64,000 nucleotides of DNA from Lytechinus pictus (taxonomy: Eukaryota). The notes beneath the pieces are model-generated. The model saw only the letters and a list, made by a program, of their open reading frames with translations. It made no database searches and had not been told where the DNA came from. Of this stretch, positions 12,425 through 24,746 are shown piece after piece (position 1 is the first letter of the stretch; each line of letters opens with the position of its first letter). Location: positions 44,456,001-44,520,000 of the forward strand of contig NC_087251.1 of NCBI RefSeq assembly GCF_037042905.1, read 5' to 3'. A program made the position numbers and the translations under genes.

Positions 12425-12846
12425 CAGGGTGCTACATAACTTTTTAGAAGCACTTATCCAGTCGGGCAAGTAAATTTTTAAATAGTTGGAATATACTCGC
12501 CCAAAAATCTATTTCACTTGCCCCAAAAAAATCCTTGAAAAAAAAAGTTTTACCTCTTCAAAAGAAAGTTTTGTGGTTTTATAAACCATTGACCTTTTTT
12601 CTCTTTTTTTGACATGAACTGATCTACCTTGTTATTGCATTTCTTTTTCCAAGGTGATTTTATCTTGCCTGCCATGACCAAAATTATGGTCAATATCATA
12701 TTATATCGACCCTAATTTTGGTCATTCTATGAGAATTTTGCTTGCCCAATTCGGGCAAGTAGTTCTGGTCTTTACTTAAAAAAACTTGCCTGACTCTAAC
12801 TTTTACTTGCCCCAGGCAATCGGGCAAGTGCTTATGTAGCACCCTG
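12425..12846. mobile_element. CAGGG-terminal MITE (hAT/P-like)
   Basis: TIR CAGGGTGCTACATAA; flanks CCTCATG/CTTCATG; subterminal GGGCAAG repeats. Confidence 0.85.
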
Positions 12847-12991
12847 CTTCATGTCAGTTATATAGTTTTACCTACAATTAAATGATTACCATACTCGGCC
12901 CCCCTTCAACTAACATCAAGTAAATCAATTATCAAGTGAATCAAACGTGAATCACATTACATGTTGGACACCACGGCTTGAGCATCCTCAC

Positions 12992-13078
12992 CAGATTTTT
13001 CTTGTGTCCACCAGCCATGTAATGATATAGCTGATCCGGTATGTTCAGGTCTGAAAGTCCCACAGCTCCACTACCACG
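12992..13078 (-). CDS. ANAPC1: ANAPC1 exon 30
   Basis: RGSGAVGLSDLNIPDQLYHYMAGGHKKNL; phase 0-0. Confidence 0.95.
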
Positions 13079-13589
13079 CTGCACAATGAACAAATAAAAA
13101 AAGAAAAAGAAACTCAATATTACCATTTCCTTACCATCTTTTTAACATTAATCTTTTCACCAAAATTATCTCTTCTTTGTTTTATGATCATATACATGCC
13201 CTCGTTGTGGAACCTGGTTATATACATATATGTATTTACCTTTATAATTGTTCTCTTAAATATTTCTTTCCTCCACTTTCCTTTCTAAAGACAATTATCT
13301 GACTTCATTTAAGAAATTAAAACCAATCAACCTATCTATTATCTACATCTATCTATCTATCTATCTATCTACCTACTGATCTAAAAAAAAATAGAGAGAA
13401 GACCCTCCTGACAAATTTTGTGTATTCAATCAACCATATTCATTTTCTTGCTCAGAAGTTTGAAAAACCAGATTAAAAGATTCTTTGAATAAAACTAAAA
13501 CAATAATGAGGAATAGAAATTTAGATTGAAAGGAGTAAAAAAGAGAGGTGGGGTGAGGGATGAGAGGGAATGGGGAGGAAATATGATAT

Positions 13590-14170
13590 CGTTACAGAGA
13601 AAGAGACTGGAGAAGAGGAGAGAAGATGAGGGAAGGAAAGCATAGACAGGTGAAAATGATGAGATGATTAGACAGTAAGTGAAAAGAGGGTGGGGATAAG
13701 AAAAATATAAGATAGCTGGGGATGAGGATGGACGGTTAGAGGAAGAAATAGAGACAGAAAGAGAGGAGATGAGAAAGTCCGAGAATAAAAGGGGTTTAAT
13801 ACAAAATATGAGATAGTAATATAGAAAAAGACTGGGGAAAGGGAGAAAAGATGAGGGAAGGAAAACACAGACAGGCTGAAATGATTAGACAGTAAGTGAA
13901 AAGAGGGTGGAGATAAGAAAATATAAGATAGCTGGGGATGAGGATGGAAGGTAAGAGGAAGAAATAGAGACAGAGAAGAGAGAAGATGAGAAATGGAGAG
14001 TGGGGATTAATACAAAATATCAGATAGCTATAGAGAAAGATACTGGAGAAAGGGAGAGAAGGTGAGAGGAGGAAACAGAGACAGATAGGAGAAAAGTTGA
14101 GACAGAGAATGACAGAAAGAAGGGAGGGAAAGAGAGGTCGAAGGTAAGAAGGGGAGAGTGGGTGAGGGAG
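13590..14170. repeat. Purine-rich ~230-bp tandem duplication / low complexity
   Basis: GATTAGACAGTAAGTGAAAAGAGGGTGG.GATAAGAAAAATATAAGATAGCTGGGGATGAGGATGGA occurs twice. Confidence 0.85.
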
Positions 14171-14421
14171 ACAGTTCCATGACATTGCTCAGGCGACAAT
14201 TGCTCCGATGGAAAATCTGCACGTTAAGCCAAACATAAAATCGAACCTCCATAAACTAATCATTATCTTTACATGATTCTGAGCCAAAAACTCTATTACA
14301 ATCCTAACTCTAACCCTTTGCCCTCTGAGATATCAAGACCGGAGCAAATGTCGCAGGAGCAATTGTCGTATCACCAAGGGAGACAAATGGGGATGGGGGG
14401 GAGGGAAGAGATCATCCTTAC

Positions 14422-14513
14422 CCCTAGTGTGACCATACCAAGGGCTAACCCGGCAGCGAGTGAGTACGATTCACGGTTGGTACAGTTACTCAGCTCGGGT
14501 CCTGGAGGACGAC
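14422..14513 (-). CDS. ANAPC1: ANAPC1 exon 29
   Basis: RPPGPELSNCTNRESYSLAAGLALGMVTLG; phase 1-0. Confidence 0.96.
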
Positions 14514-14575
14514 CTGTTAAATCAGTCAAAGAGTTACAAATGAGAAAATCATGAGAGTAGAGTTCAGGGATGAAC

Positions 14576-14913
14576 CATCACTATCGTCGTCGTCAACTAC
14601 ATCATCATCATCGTCATTATCATCATCATCATCGTCATTATCATCGTCATCATCGTCAACTACATCATCGTCATCATCACCATCGTCGTCATTATCGTCG
14701 TCATCATCGTCATCACCATCATCGTCATCATCATCGTCGTCATCTTCATCATCATCATCGTCATCATCAACATCATCATCATCACCAATGTCATCATCAC
14801 CATCATCGTCATCATCGTCATCATCAACATCATCATCGTCATCGTCGTCATCATCATCACCATCATCGTCATCATCATCGCCATCATCATCATCGTCATC
14901 ATCGTCATCATCA
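14576..14913. repeat. (CAT/CGT)n trinucleotide microsatellite filling most of intron 28
   Basis: Directly visible. Confidence 0.97.
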
Positions 14914-14943
14914 TGTAATATGAAACATGAAAAAATAACTCAC

Positions 14944-15128
14944 CTATTTCCCCAAGCAGCACTTCGGCAACATGTCTGTGTGCTGTCTTCTGATAGACGA
15001 GGCCCGTTCCCAAGATGGCTGCCACCTGGACGCTGTGAGGTACGTCGAGCTCGGTGGACGTGGGAGGTAGCAAGGAACTGATGTGGATGCATAGGATCTT
15101 GGTGGTAGTGACGTCCATCGTACCTCGT
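14944..15128 (-). CDS. ANAPC1: ANAPC1 exon 28
   Basis: RGTMDVTTTKILCIHISSLLPPTSTELDVPH...TAHRHVAEVLLGEI; phase 2-1. Confidence 0.95.
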
Positions 15129-15856
15129 CTATAAGCAAAAATAGATATTGCAATTACAGCAAATTATCAATTTTCAAATGGAGAAAACAAAAGGTTTGTC
15201 TGCAAATACTGCATTTTTTCCCCCTGTAGCAAGGAACTGATGTGAATGCACAAGACCTTGGTGGTAGTGACGTCCATCGTACCTCGTCTGAAAGCAGAAA
15301 TAGATATTGCAATTACAGCAAATTATAAATTTTCAAGCGGAGAGAGAAAAAAAAGTCTGCAAATCTTGCAAGAATTTATCTCAAGACATCTACTCATAAT
15401 ACATCTATGTATATTATATATTATCATATAATATATTTATCATAAATTATATATTATCATATACATCTATATATATTATTATATTATCATATATTGTAAA
15501 TTGTCTACAATTTCATGTATGTTTCATTTATACTACTGAATGTAATTATATATGTATTATATTTTTCTGTAGGAAATAACTGAATTCGAAATTTGAAAAA
15601 CAAAACAGTTAACAATAATATTCTGTTTTATATAGTGATAATACATCAAAAAAATATCTTCAAGTGCTTTACAGATATATTTATAATCCCGGTCATCAGA
15701 TCTTGGCTTGCTCCGACATAATGTATGCACTTTCTATATTGTATAAAGATATTGTGAAAATCACCAACTACACATGAGTCATCATTTCCACAAATAATAA
15801 TTTTTTTTAGAATGTTAGTTATCAAAAATAATTCAGTGACTTATGTTGATGCTTAC

Positions 15857-15906
15857 TTTGCAGCTGCAAGTCCAAGGAGAAGCCCCACACTCGTCATCTC
15901 ATGACC
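15857..15906 (-). CDS. ANAPC1: ANAPC1 exon 27
   Basis: GHEMTSVGLLLGLAAA; phase 0-2. Confidence 0.95.
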
Positions 15907-16032
15907 CTGAATAAGGAGGAATAAGGAAGAAATCTCATTACTGAAATAATTACATACTGAAGTGAAAATAATAATACATAATAATACATATGATTATATG
16001 AATATCTATAGCGTCTTTTCCATTTTGATTAA

Positions 16033-16779
16033 CCCTAACTAGGCCGGGCTTTTTTTGGCTGTTCTGTGGCCGGGGGGGGGGGGGGGGGGGGTTGATTCAA
16101 CCCCCCCCTGAGATCTCGGCCGCCAACCACGTGATCGCCGCAAAAATTTGCACGGTGGTAGTGTGCGATGTTATCTACAAGGCTGTATGGTAAAATTTTC
16201 CAAAATAATGAGATTTTATTTTATATGAATTAATTATGCTAATTTATGCATAAATCATACTTTTTGCTCTAATTCACTAAATAAAGCTCCTAGAATGTTA
16301 ATTTTTGGTAAAAACATTTGAAAAAAACTTCGGTTTGGAAATCATTTTCTTATGTATTTTATTGTTTTATGAATTTCTTATGTATTTCTTTGTTTTTCAA
16401 CCTTGTGTTTTTCTTTGTTTTTTTCACCAGATTTATTGCACAACCTTTTTGAAGCATAATTATGCTAAAATCAATTGATTTCAGCTCTTTAAAGTAAAAA
16501 TAATCATATCTTTATGAATAAGATGAGAAAACTCAATTTGCATTGACTTTGTACACAAAATCACGTTTTGGAACAATTTTTGGTCTGACATGCACTTACA
16601 AAATGTTGCGTAATTTCGGAACCGCGTACCCGGGCGTCGTAAATTTGGTCTCAAAAGATGCGCGAGACTTAAAAGTATAAACTCTGCGAGTGGCGCGGTC
16701 AAAAAATTTCGCACGGAGGAATGATCGCAGAAAATGTTGAGGGGGGGGGGTTGATTCAACCCCCCCGGCCATTTTAGGG
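16033..16779. mobile_element. piggyBac-like MITE
   Basis: TTAA|CCCTAA...TTAGGG|TTAA; subterminal GGGGGGTTGATTCAACCCCCC hairpins at both ends. Confidence 0.88.
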
Positions 16780-16783
16780 TTAA

Positions 16784-16990
16784 ATGCTCAAGGCGCTTAG
16801 AAGAGAGCAAAGAGAAGTACAAAAAAGGGTAAATTACAAATGAGGAAAAATGTCTGTCTTCAAACCTAGTACCTGCTGGTGAACAAATGCAATTTTAGGT
16901 TGCCCTTAAAGGATGTTGCAGAGTTCGAGATCTTCAGCTCCTGTGGTAGTGAATTCCACAGGGCTGGTCCGGCATGAGCAAAGGCTCAGT
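16784..16990 (-). mobile_element. L2-type LINE 3' fragment (tail continues at ~15990-16028)
   Basis: AFAHAGPALWNSLPQELKISNSATSFKGNLKLHLF followed by AAGCGCCTTGAGCA tail. Confidence 0.7.
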
Positions 16991-17099
16991 TTGTTAATAA
17001 ATTCAAATTCATACTTAAATTAACATACTTTTATGATTAAATACAAATATATTTCCAATTATTTTAAAATAAAAGTTCACAATGTTGTTGAACCACTGA

Positions 17100-17320
17100 G
17101 TACTGAAACAGAGGGTCTTGGTTTCGAATCCCAGCCATGGCGTAATTTCCTTCGGCAAGAAATTTATCCACATTGTGCTGCACTCAACCCAGGTGAGGCA
17201 AATGGGTACCTGGCATGAATTCATTTCTTGAAATGCCACTGCTCTGTAAAAGGCTGCGGGCCTACAACCAGAGACGCATTTGGCAGTGATATGCGCTATA
17301 TAAGCATGTTTGGTATTATT
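17100..17320 (+). mobile_element. tRNA-derived SINE, 5' truncated
   Basis: B-box TTCGAATCC and core shared with 40326-40613. Confidence 0.8.
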
Positions 17321-17892
17321 TTCATAACACTCAAATTCCCACATTCCAAATCATAGATAAGTACATGTAGCTCTCATCAATTTTACTGGGTTTAAAACAT
17401 ACTGCTATTCATCATGGCTTCATGATGTAATCATATCCAGAGATGAAAACATCAACTTGATATGATACAATACACATTAATTTAAGAATAAGCGATGTGG
17501 TCTAGTGATTATGACTCTCGCCTTTCAATCTGTTTGTCCACATGGAAATTTGTTTTGCTCACATAATAAACATTTGTAAGAAATCATTACATATTACATA
17601 TATCACATGCATAGATACAAATATACAAAATTACATTAGAAAGCGACAACTACAAGGGTAATTCTCCAGGATAATGTTGATGTTTGTCCAATAAACAGAT
17701 GTAAAAGTAAAGACGATAAGTAAAGAAGATGGCACGGTAGAAAAGATCAGAAAAGAAAATTCAGATGGTGAGATTATTGTAAGTGCGGATGGAGAGGGGA
17801 ACGAAGGAATTTAGGAAACGTTGACAAAAACAAAAACAGAACAGAAAAAAATAGTACAAACTCTCATATCATTTCATTTTTGTCTGACTTAC

Positions 17893-18033
17893 GGAGCAGA
17901 GGTAGTTGTGTATATTGAGTTTATCCAGGTTGGAGAGGTGGCCATTGAGACCCAAGGCCATTAGGAATCCAGCATGCTCATTGGCTAACTCGGTCGTCTG
18001 AGGTCTGTTGTATACTATCCATGCAGAGTCAAT
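17893..18033 (-). CDS. ANAPC1: ANAPC1 exon 26 (PC repeats)
   Basis: IDSAWIVYNRP...EHAGFLMALGLNGHL...NIHNYLCS; phase 0-0. Confidence 0.96.
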
Positions 18034-18147
18034 CTATATGGGAATTAAATGAACAATGTTTGATTCGATTCCATTAAATTCAATTTTTTATTTCATTTCC
18101 ATTCAAACATAATGATACAAAGTAACTATAGACAGGTGTCACTGTAC

Positions 18148-18259
18148 CTGATTATCTCCTCTGGCAATCTTAAGCCCTGCGGCAACTCCATTGTGAAACA
18201 AGGGCCAAGCATTCATGTTGGTTGGCACATCGATGTTCACAAAGTTTATGGTGTTGTTC
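18148..18259 (-). CDS. ANAPC1: ANAPC1 exon 25
   Basis: NNTINFVNIDVPTNMNAWPLFHNGVAAGLKIARGDNQ; phase 2-0. Confidence 0.96.
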
Positions 18260-18949
18260 CTGTAATAAAATTTAACAAATAATATAAAAAAAACTCATTA
18301 GTATATTAATGTTCATTCTTAAAAACAAAAAGAATGATTGAAATCAATTGCATCTATGGATAGCTAATGATGCCATAATTTGTCATCTAGAATGAGTATA
18401 TCCAAGCAGAGTACCATGAGAAATATATGTTTGAATGCATCATTGATTTCACAGACATTGCTTTTTTCACTGCCAACAAAATTCCTTACAACAATGTATT
18501 TTAGAATCACTTAACTTTCCACAGTTAAGAATCATACAAATCAATTGCACCCCTTGTTTTTAAAGATTGGGCCTTAAAAATCAAAGACCATATTCATAAA
18601 GATGATATTGAATCTGTGGTTTGAACTATGATGAAGCAGATTTCATGCATTGATTATGCTAAATTCAGCTTTCATATAATGCTTTAATACATCATAATGT
18701 CTCTATGCAGTCTCCAGATATATTCCCCCAGTCATTGGATCTTGGCTAGCCTGCATACAATGTATGGACTTTCTCCACTCCCTGGGCAGCATTCCACAAA
18801 AAAAGTTTCCAAACTCAATTGCTAGGCACACTGCATAGACCTTTGTATCTTAATGGGAACCAATTTTTAAACCTGGGCGGAGAGTGGTAAAGTGTGGATT
18901 GATGCCTTGTCAAAGGACGCTAGGCCGCTGGTAGTTCACACTTGCTTAC

Positions 18950-19039
18950 CGTGGTGGAGCCTTGCCGGTGAGGTTCAACTTTGGAATGTGAAGAGGTTCC
19001 GTGATGATAGCATTGGAAGTGCAGAGTGTGAAGATGCCC
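18950..19039 (-). CDS. ANAPC1: ANAPC1 exon 24
   Basis: GIFTLCTSNAIITEPLHIPKLNLTGKAPP; phase 2-2. Confidence 0.95.
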
Positions 19040-19080
19040 CTGCAAGAAAATATTTACACAACGCTCATAATGAGCTTCTT

Positions 19081-19500
19081 GGCCCGAATTCACAAAGGTG
19101 GTTTTGAAAACCATTGGTCGAACCCATGGGTTTATGCAGATTTCCTGTATAAATTATGCCTAATTTATCGCGAACAATAAAAAATGTCCAATAATGATAC
19201 ATGTTTTTGTCACAGTGTGCCAAATCGACACATGTTGCCATGGTTAGGTATGCTATTTAATTCATGAGTCCACTGTTTTGAAGAGTGGACTCATTAATTC
19301 AGAACAGTGGACTCGTGAATAAAATAGCGTACTAAATCATGGAAACAGACGTCAATTCGGCGCACTGTGACAAAAGTGCGCATCATTATTGCACAATTTT
19401 TTATTCTACGCGATAAATTAGGTGTAATTCATAAAGGAAATCCGCATAAACCATGGATTCAACTCATGGTTTTCAAAACCACCTTTGTGAATTTGGGCCC
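19081..19500. mobile_element. Foldback MITE (Harbinger/Tourist-like)
   Basis: GGCCC(G/A)AATTCACAAAGGTGGTTTTGAAAACCA inverted at both ends; nearly whole-length palindrome. Confidence 0.88.
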
Positions 19501-19526
19501 TTGAGGTATATAATGAGTTAGACCTT

Positions 19527-19657
19527 GGTCCCGTAACACGAAGGTTAGCGATTAATAACACGCTTGATCTACACGATTAATTGTACATTGTCGTCAATGC
19601 AATCAATCATAAAAAAAAGTTCTACGATGATTGCTAAGCTTTGTGTTACGGGATCCT
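19527..19657. mobile_element. Short palindromic MITE
   Basis: GGTCCCGTAACAC.AAG.TTAGC ... GCTAAGCTTTGTGTTACGGGATCC. Confidence 0.75.
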
Positions 19658-19919
19658 TGTTGATGTGGCACATTCTCAATCAAGGTTTATGTAGATATAC
19701 AAAGAAATAATAGAATAAGATTGCACGTTGCATATCATGTACGAGTCAGCATTTATTAAGTGCAAGCCTCATGACTTACGTTTCCACTACTGATAATCAA
19801 TTTTTCTTTGAGATGATTTCAATGGAAATCGGGACTGACACAATATTGTATGCCGAAAAAAATATATGAAGGTCAAGTTGAATGTGACATGGAGAAAGAG
19901 ATTGATGCTCTAACTTATT

Positions 19920-20537
19920 TCGTCGGTGTTCATCCGAACCATCGTATCAGTCCATTTTGGTCAAAAAAGCGATTTTGAGATTTTTGCAGAATACGAAAGT
20001 CCTATTCTATTCATAACTAAATTTCTAGGCAGCAATTAATTTTAGTTTCTGATATATGTGGGGATTTTCCCGGCGATGCCATGCAAATTGTTGATAAAAA
20101 GCGCAAATCCCATAGGAAAGGTGTACTGTAGCAAAGCAACAACTACGCGCACTAAATATGCAAATGCGCGGTCAGTCAATCCGTCATATCGACACTGCAT
20201 TGACTTTGCACATGAAAAAGCGATATAACGTTTTGACTGATTGCGCGCATTGAAATCGCGGTCAGGGTTGTTGTATCTTCTATGGCTGAAACCGAAATTA
20301 TAGGCATGAAGCTGTTTTGCGATATTTTCTAAGATCCTTGGTTTTGTGGAAAAATAAAGATACCAATGTCAAGCAATTTTCTTGGTCTTTCCAACCATGT
20401 ATTTTTCTAGCAATCAATATGTTGTAAGGCTGGGGAACTAAGTGTGAAAACTACAGTAAGCTTTGAAGTTGATTTTCTCTGAAATGGGTGTGCACCGTTC
20501 TATGTGTGATACGACGATTCGGATGACCGCCGACGAC
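19920..20537. mobile_element. Non-autonomous TIR element
   Basis: TCGTCGG.G.TCATCCGAA.C.TCGTATC inverted at both ends; TTAA at right flank. Confidence 0.75.
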
Positions 20538-20559
20538 TTAATTGCTCGGGGTGGTGTAC

Positions 20560-20637
20560 CTGCCAACTGGAAGAGCCATTGTTCGTTGAGAGACCAGTAA
20601 GAGATGTAGCTCTTGTTCTTCGATGAACTCATGGTCA
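20560..20637 (-). CDS. ANAPC1: ANAPC1 exon 23
   Basis: DHEFIEEQELHLLLVSQRTMALPVG; phase 2-2. Confidence 0.95.
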
Positions 20638-21419
20638 CTAAATACAGAAGGGGGGTTACAAGAGAGAACATAAAGAGTCAGAAAAAAAATTCTTTAAAAA
20701 AGGTATTACTTGATGAAAATATCATAAATGTATGTAGGCATTCGATATCGGACTGCAAAATATACATGTCAATATAATTCTATTTCAGATTTAGAGACCC
20801 TTTACTGACCTCTTTTCTGATTTGTGAGTGACACAAAGGCTAGATAAAACGTTTCTTTAAAAAAAATGTATTACATGATGATGGCAAAATTGTGAATATG
20901 CATAGCATTCTATATCACACCACAAAATATAGACTTAAATATAATTCTGCTTCAGATGGTGACCTATACTGACCTTGTTTTTGGTTTCTGAGTGAGACAA
21001 AGACTAGAAAACATTTTTTTTTAAAGGTTTTAATTGTTGAAAAGATTGTAAATACATATAACATTTATTAATAGAAGACCACAACATACACATGTAAATA
21101 CAATTTCACTTCAGATATAGATGACCTTTACTGACCTCATTTTTGGTTTTCTGAGTGAGAAAAAAGCTACATGAAGGAAAAAAAGTATTCATATTAATGG
21201 AAAGATTGTAAATATGCATGGGCCTAACATTAAATATCAGACCACAACATATACACGTCAATATAATTCTGCTTTCCATGATAATGACCTTTACTGACCT
21301 TGTTTCTGAATTCTGAATGTACAAGTTGATATGAAAGATTTTAAATATATGAAGCATTCAATATCAGACCATAACATATACATATAATTCTCCATCAGAG
21401 GATGATGACCTTTCCTGAC

Positions 21420-21613
21420 CTTGTCTCTGGTTTCTGAGTGAGAGCGATGGTGACAGGCTTTGACGATTGGAGGAGACGTCTCACCTCCTGGACGCGGAGG
21501 TCGTCGGGGAACCGGAGCCGAAGGAGCTCCTGGTCCAGATGCTCCATCCCATCTCGCTCTTCTTGTTTGGTTGCCATGGTGCTGAGACCAAGCCCTTGTG
21601 AACCACAGTGCAT
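21420..21613 (-). CDS. ANAPC1: ANAPC1 exon 22
   Basis: MHCGSQ...DGMEHLD...DLRVQEVRRLLQSSKPV...QKPET; phase 0-2. Confidence 0.92.
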
Positions 21614-21900
21614 CTGAGGGTGGGAAAAGAAATGAATCAAGTCATAAGAGGAAGGAATACTTCTCAATGCTTCCAAATTTAGTAAAAAATGATATGAATA
21701 AATTAACCCTAATAGTCCTAGGTGGCGGGGAGGAGGGGCCATCATGTCCCCCTCAACAATTTTTTGGTGGTCACACATCACTAAAGTGAGAGGTTTGCGC
21801 AATGTCGTTTCAGGACTATTTTCTTTTAAGTCCAGCAGAACTGCTGAGATGCCTGGGTAGGAGGGTACGAAAATAGGTAGCATCATGTAAGTGCATATCA

Positions 21901-22157
21901 GGGCCCCGTCTTACAAAGAGTTGCGATTGATCAGATCAATCACAACTATGGACGGCCAGCAACGTCAACATCAATTATGCATGTTTGTTAAAAATATTTC
22001 AAAAGATGATGTATATTCATGCATTCATTGTTTTCTTGAAAATTCACTGTGCAAAGGACATTGTGCAAATTTCCTGTAGAAAAAATTATGACACTGATGG
22101 ATTTCCATATAGTTATGATTGATTGGATCAATCGTAACTCTTTGTAAGACGGGGCCC
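21901..22157. mobile_element. Harbinger-like MITE with CAG target
   Basis: GGGCCCCGTCTTACAAAGAGTT.CGATTGATC TIRs; family copies at 11780-12037, 52231-52395 (partial), 63451-63719. Confidence 0.88.
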
Positions 22158-22265
22158 AGACCTCAAAAACATGATTTCATGTATAAATCCAATGCCCCCC
22201 CCCCCTCCTCTGCTAGGTTTAAAAATTTGGAATTGGAACTCTTAACCTTCTTCTCAACAGTCCAG

Positions 22266-22436
22266 GTGAGTGTTTCATAAAGCTGTTCGTAAGTTAAGAG
22301 CGACTTTAAGAACGACTGGTGATCCTTTATTGTGGTAAATGGTATATTGATTGGCGATGATTTAGCGCGTAAGAAGAGATCACTAGTCATTCTTAAAGTC
22401 GCTCATATCTTACGAACAGCTTTATGAAACGACCCC
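22266..22436. mobile_element. Palindromic MITE with CAG target
   Basis: GTTTCATAAAGCTGTTCGTAAG..GAGCGACTTTAAGAA inverted. Confidence 0.85.
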
Positions 22437-22656
22437 CAGGTACTCCTCCACAAGAAAGCTTTCCATAAAGGTCTTTGTGATTTTCACTGATGAATTTGCT
22501 GTATGCAAATCAATGAGATGAGGATTTTCAGTGTCTTAAAACAGTTGTGAGTAAAAGTCACTGACAAGCTCTTCAATACATGCTCTCCTGACCAACAACA
22601 CTATGGAACACATTACTACACAGGATGAATGTTCTTCTTGACCTCATATCTCTCAC

Positions 22657-22952
22657 CTTCGACCTGTGATGTTTCTTACTGGACGCTGAAAGCCACTCGA
22701 CCTGGTTGGAGAGGTCCTGCCTGCAGAGGAGGTCGTACGCCCCCTTGGGCCAGCTGGAGGGCGGGGCATCCCGACTCTGAGAGATGGCCTCCATCAGGGG
22801 CAGGGCCACGCCCACAGGGAAGGAGTTGAGGGTGGCCAGGGTGTACCCCAGCTGGCTCATGTAGACCACTGTCCGCTGGGACGGAGGGAGGTCGGGGTAG
22901 CGCAGCAGGAAAGCGTTCAGGCCGTCCATGGAATTGAGATCCGATGGGAAGG
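22657..22952 (-). CDS. ANAPC1: ANAPC1 exon 21
   Basis: FPSDLNSMDG...PVGVALPLMEAI...WP...LLCRQDLS...HHRSK; phase 1-0. Confidence 0.93.
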
Positions 22953-23499
22953 CTGGCGTGGGGAAAGGAAAGGGGAGTATTCACATATAATTGATCGTAT
23001 TTTCCCACTTCCAGTTTTCTGTCTTTACAATGATGATATAGTAATATGACATTCATTCACATAATTAACAATATGTATATAGAACAACATGCAACAAAGT
23101 ACAATTATTAAAAATAAGGACAATAATGAAAAGGGGGGAAAAGCAGAGCATGTATGGTGCAGGTCTCCTGTAAAAAGGAATTACTTTAAATTGAGAGAAT
23201 GAGAAAAAAAACAACAACACACAACAACATTTGATAATAATGGAATAAGTAATACAAAATAAATCATATGACTGTGTAAGGCCTAAATTTGTGGTGTTGT
23301 GGGCCTTTTTTATAAAAAGTAAAAAAATATATATTACAGAGAAAGGGCACCAAATATCCTCAGATGTAAGAGTAAGAATTTCTGAAAAATTAACTATTAA
23401 TACTACCACAACATACTACTTTCGAGTCCTACCATCCCTTCTTCTCCTCCTAACAATATCACTATACAATACACATCAATTGTCAAGTATATTTCTTAC

Positions 23500-23578
23500 C
23501 ACTGACAGACTGTCTTCTACTGAGTCTGTGTGTGCCTGCTATGTCAGGGATACCTTCATCCTTGCAAAGCATATAAAG
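23500..23578 (-). CDS. ANAPC1: ANAPC1 exon 20
   Basis: LYMLCKDEGIPDIAGTHRLSRRQSVS; ctacag|...|gtaaga; phase 0-1; weakly conserved. Confidence 0.78.
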
Positions 23579-23852
23579 CTGTAGAGATATAAAATAATTA
23601 AATTATTAATTATATGAATCAGATCCATAAACTTTCAAAGTTATGATCATGGTAATTCAACAAATACCCCCAACATGGTCAAAGTTCATTGACCTTGGTC
23701 ATGTGACTTGAAATTCAGGCAGGATTTTCAGTAATACTTGATTAAGCTTACATGTATGTCCAAGTTTCATTCATGAACTGTTTTGCAAATTTATTATTAT
23801 AACAAGTTTTATGAAACGGGCCACGTGCATAGAAGGTTTTGACTGTACTTAC

Positions 23853-24001
23853 AGAAACTGCCTCACTGGTTCTGGTGCAAAGACCTGACAAGACCGGGAA
23901 GGGGTCCTGTTTTGCCCCCCTGATGTAGTTGTAGAGGTACCGATGGATGCTAGGGGGTAGAGGGGTCCAGAACGTAGGAACCTGGAGATCTTTCTTCATT
24001 T
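23853..24001 (-). CDS. ANAPC1: ANAPC1 exon 19
   Basis: MKKDLQVPTFWTPLPPSIHRYL...PFPVLSGLCTRTSEAVS; phase 1-0. Confidence 0.92.
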
Positions 24002-24569
24002 CTGAATATTACATTAAGAGCAAACAATTATTTATTAATAAATATAATGATAATACAAAGGGTTTTGTCATATTTATTGACAAATATAATGATGATAACA
24101 TTGGATCATACTTCTAATGATATTGATATTAATTGTACTTCTTCTGATATATGAACAATGTCATATTTTTTTATGAGCATAATAACGAGAGTAAAAGTGA
24201 ATTAAGGTTTGGTCCCAGTGCACTTAAGGAGGCAGAGAGGATGTAAAACGGAAAAGAATCTTGCCATCTGTTGGAAAACGTTATATATCCGTTGTGTACT
24301 CTTTGCATACGTGTTTCATATGCTCTATATCCATTGAGCAACTGTAATTTCATTGTTCGCCCATTTGTCCATTGTCTGGAGCGGATGAAAACAAATGGCA
24401 CCACCTAAAAAAATTCTTGTCCGCTGTATCCATTATGAATACGTTTTGTATCCGTCCGCCAGTGGGACCAGGCCTTTATACTTCTTATGCTATAAGATCA
24501 AAGGCTTATGTCATATTTGTTGATGGGTATGTGGTGATAACAGTGAATTAGATTTCTGATCTTATTAGA

Positions 24570-24746
24570 CAGGGGCCGCGGAACGGTTTTCAAAGTGGGG
24601 GGCTGAGCCAAAAGTGGGGGGGGGGGGGGCTGACCATGCAAAAAATCACAATCAAATGGTCATTTTTATGTTTTTGTACACGGTTTTGGAAAGTGGGGGG
24701 GGGGGGGGGAGGCTGAAGCCCCCCCCCCCTGCTTCCGCGGCCACTG
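24570..24746. mobile_element. CAG..CTG MITE with 5-bp TSD TTAGA
   Basis: CAG(G/T)GGCCGCGGAA TIRs; partial inverted copy at ~52403-52522. Confidence 0.85.

Noticed and set aside
14551..14923. Poly-Ser, poly-His and poly-Met ORFs
   Set aside because: Translations of an intronic (CAT)n microsatellite
23550..23556. Internal donor GAAG|GTATCC in exon 20
   Set aside because: Same phase but weaker than G|GTAAGA at 23500 and gives a shorter fit to the orthologue; cannot be fully excluded
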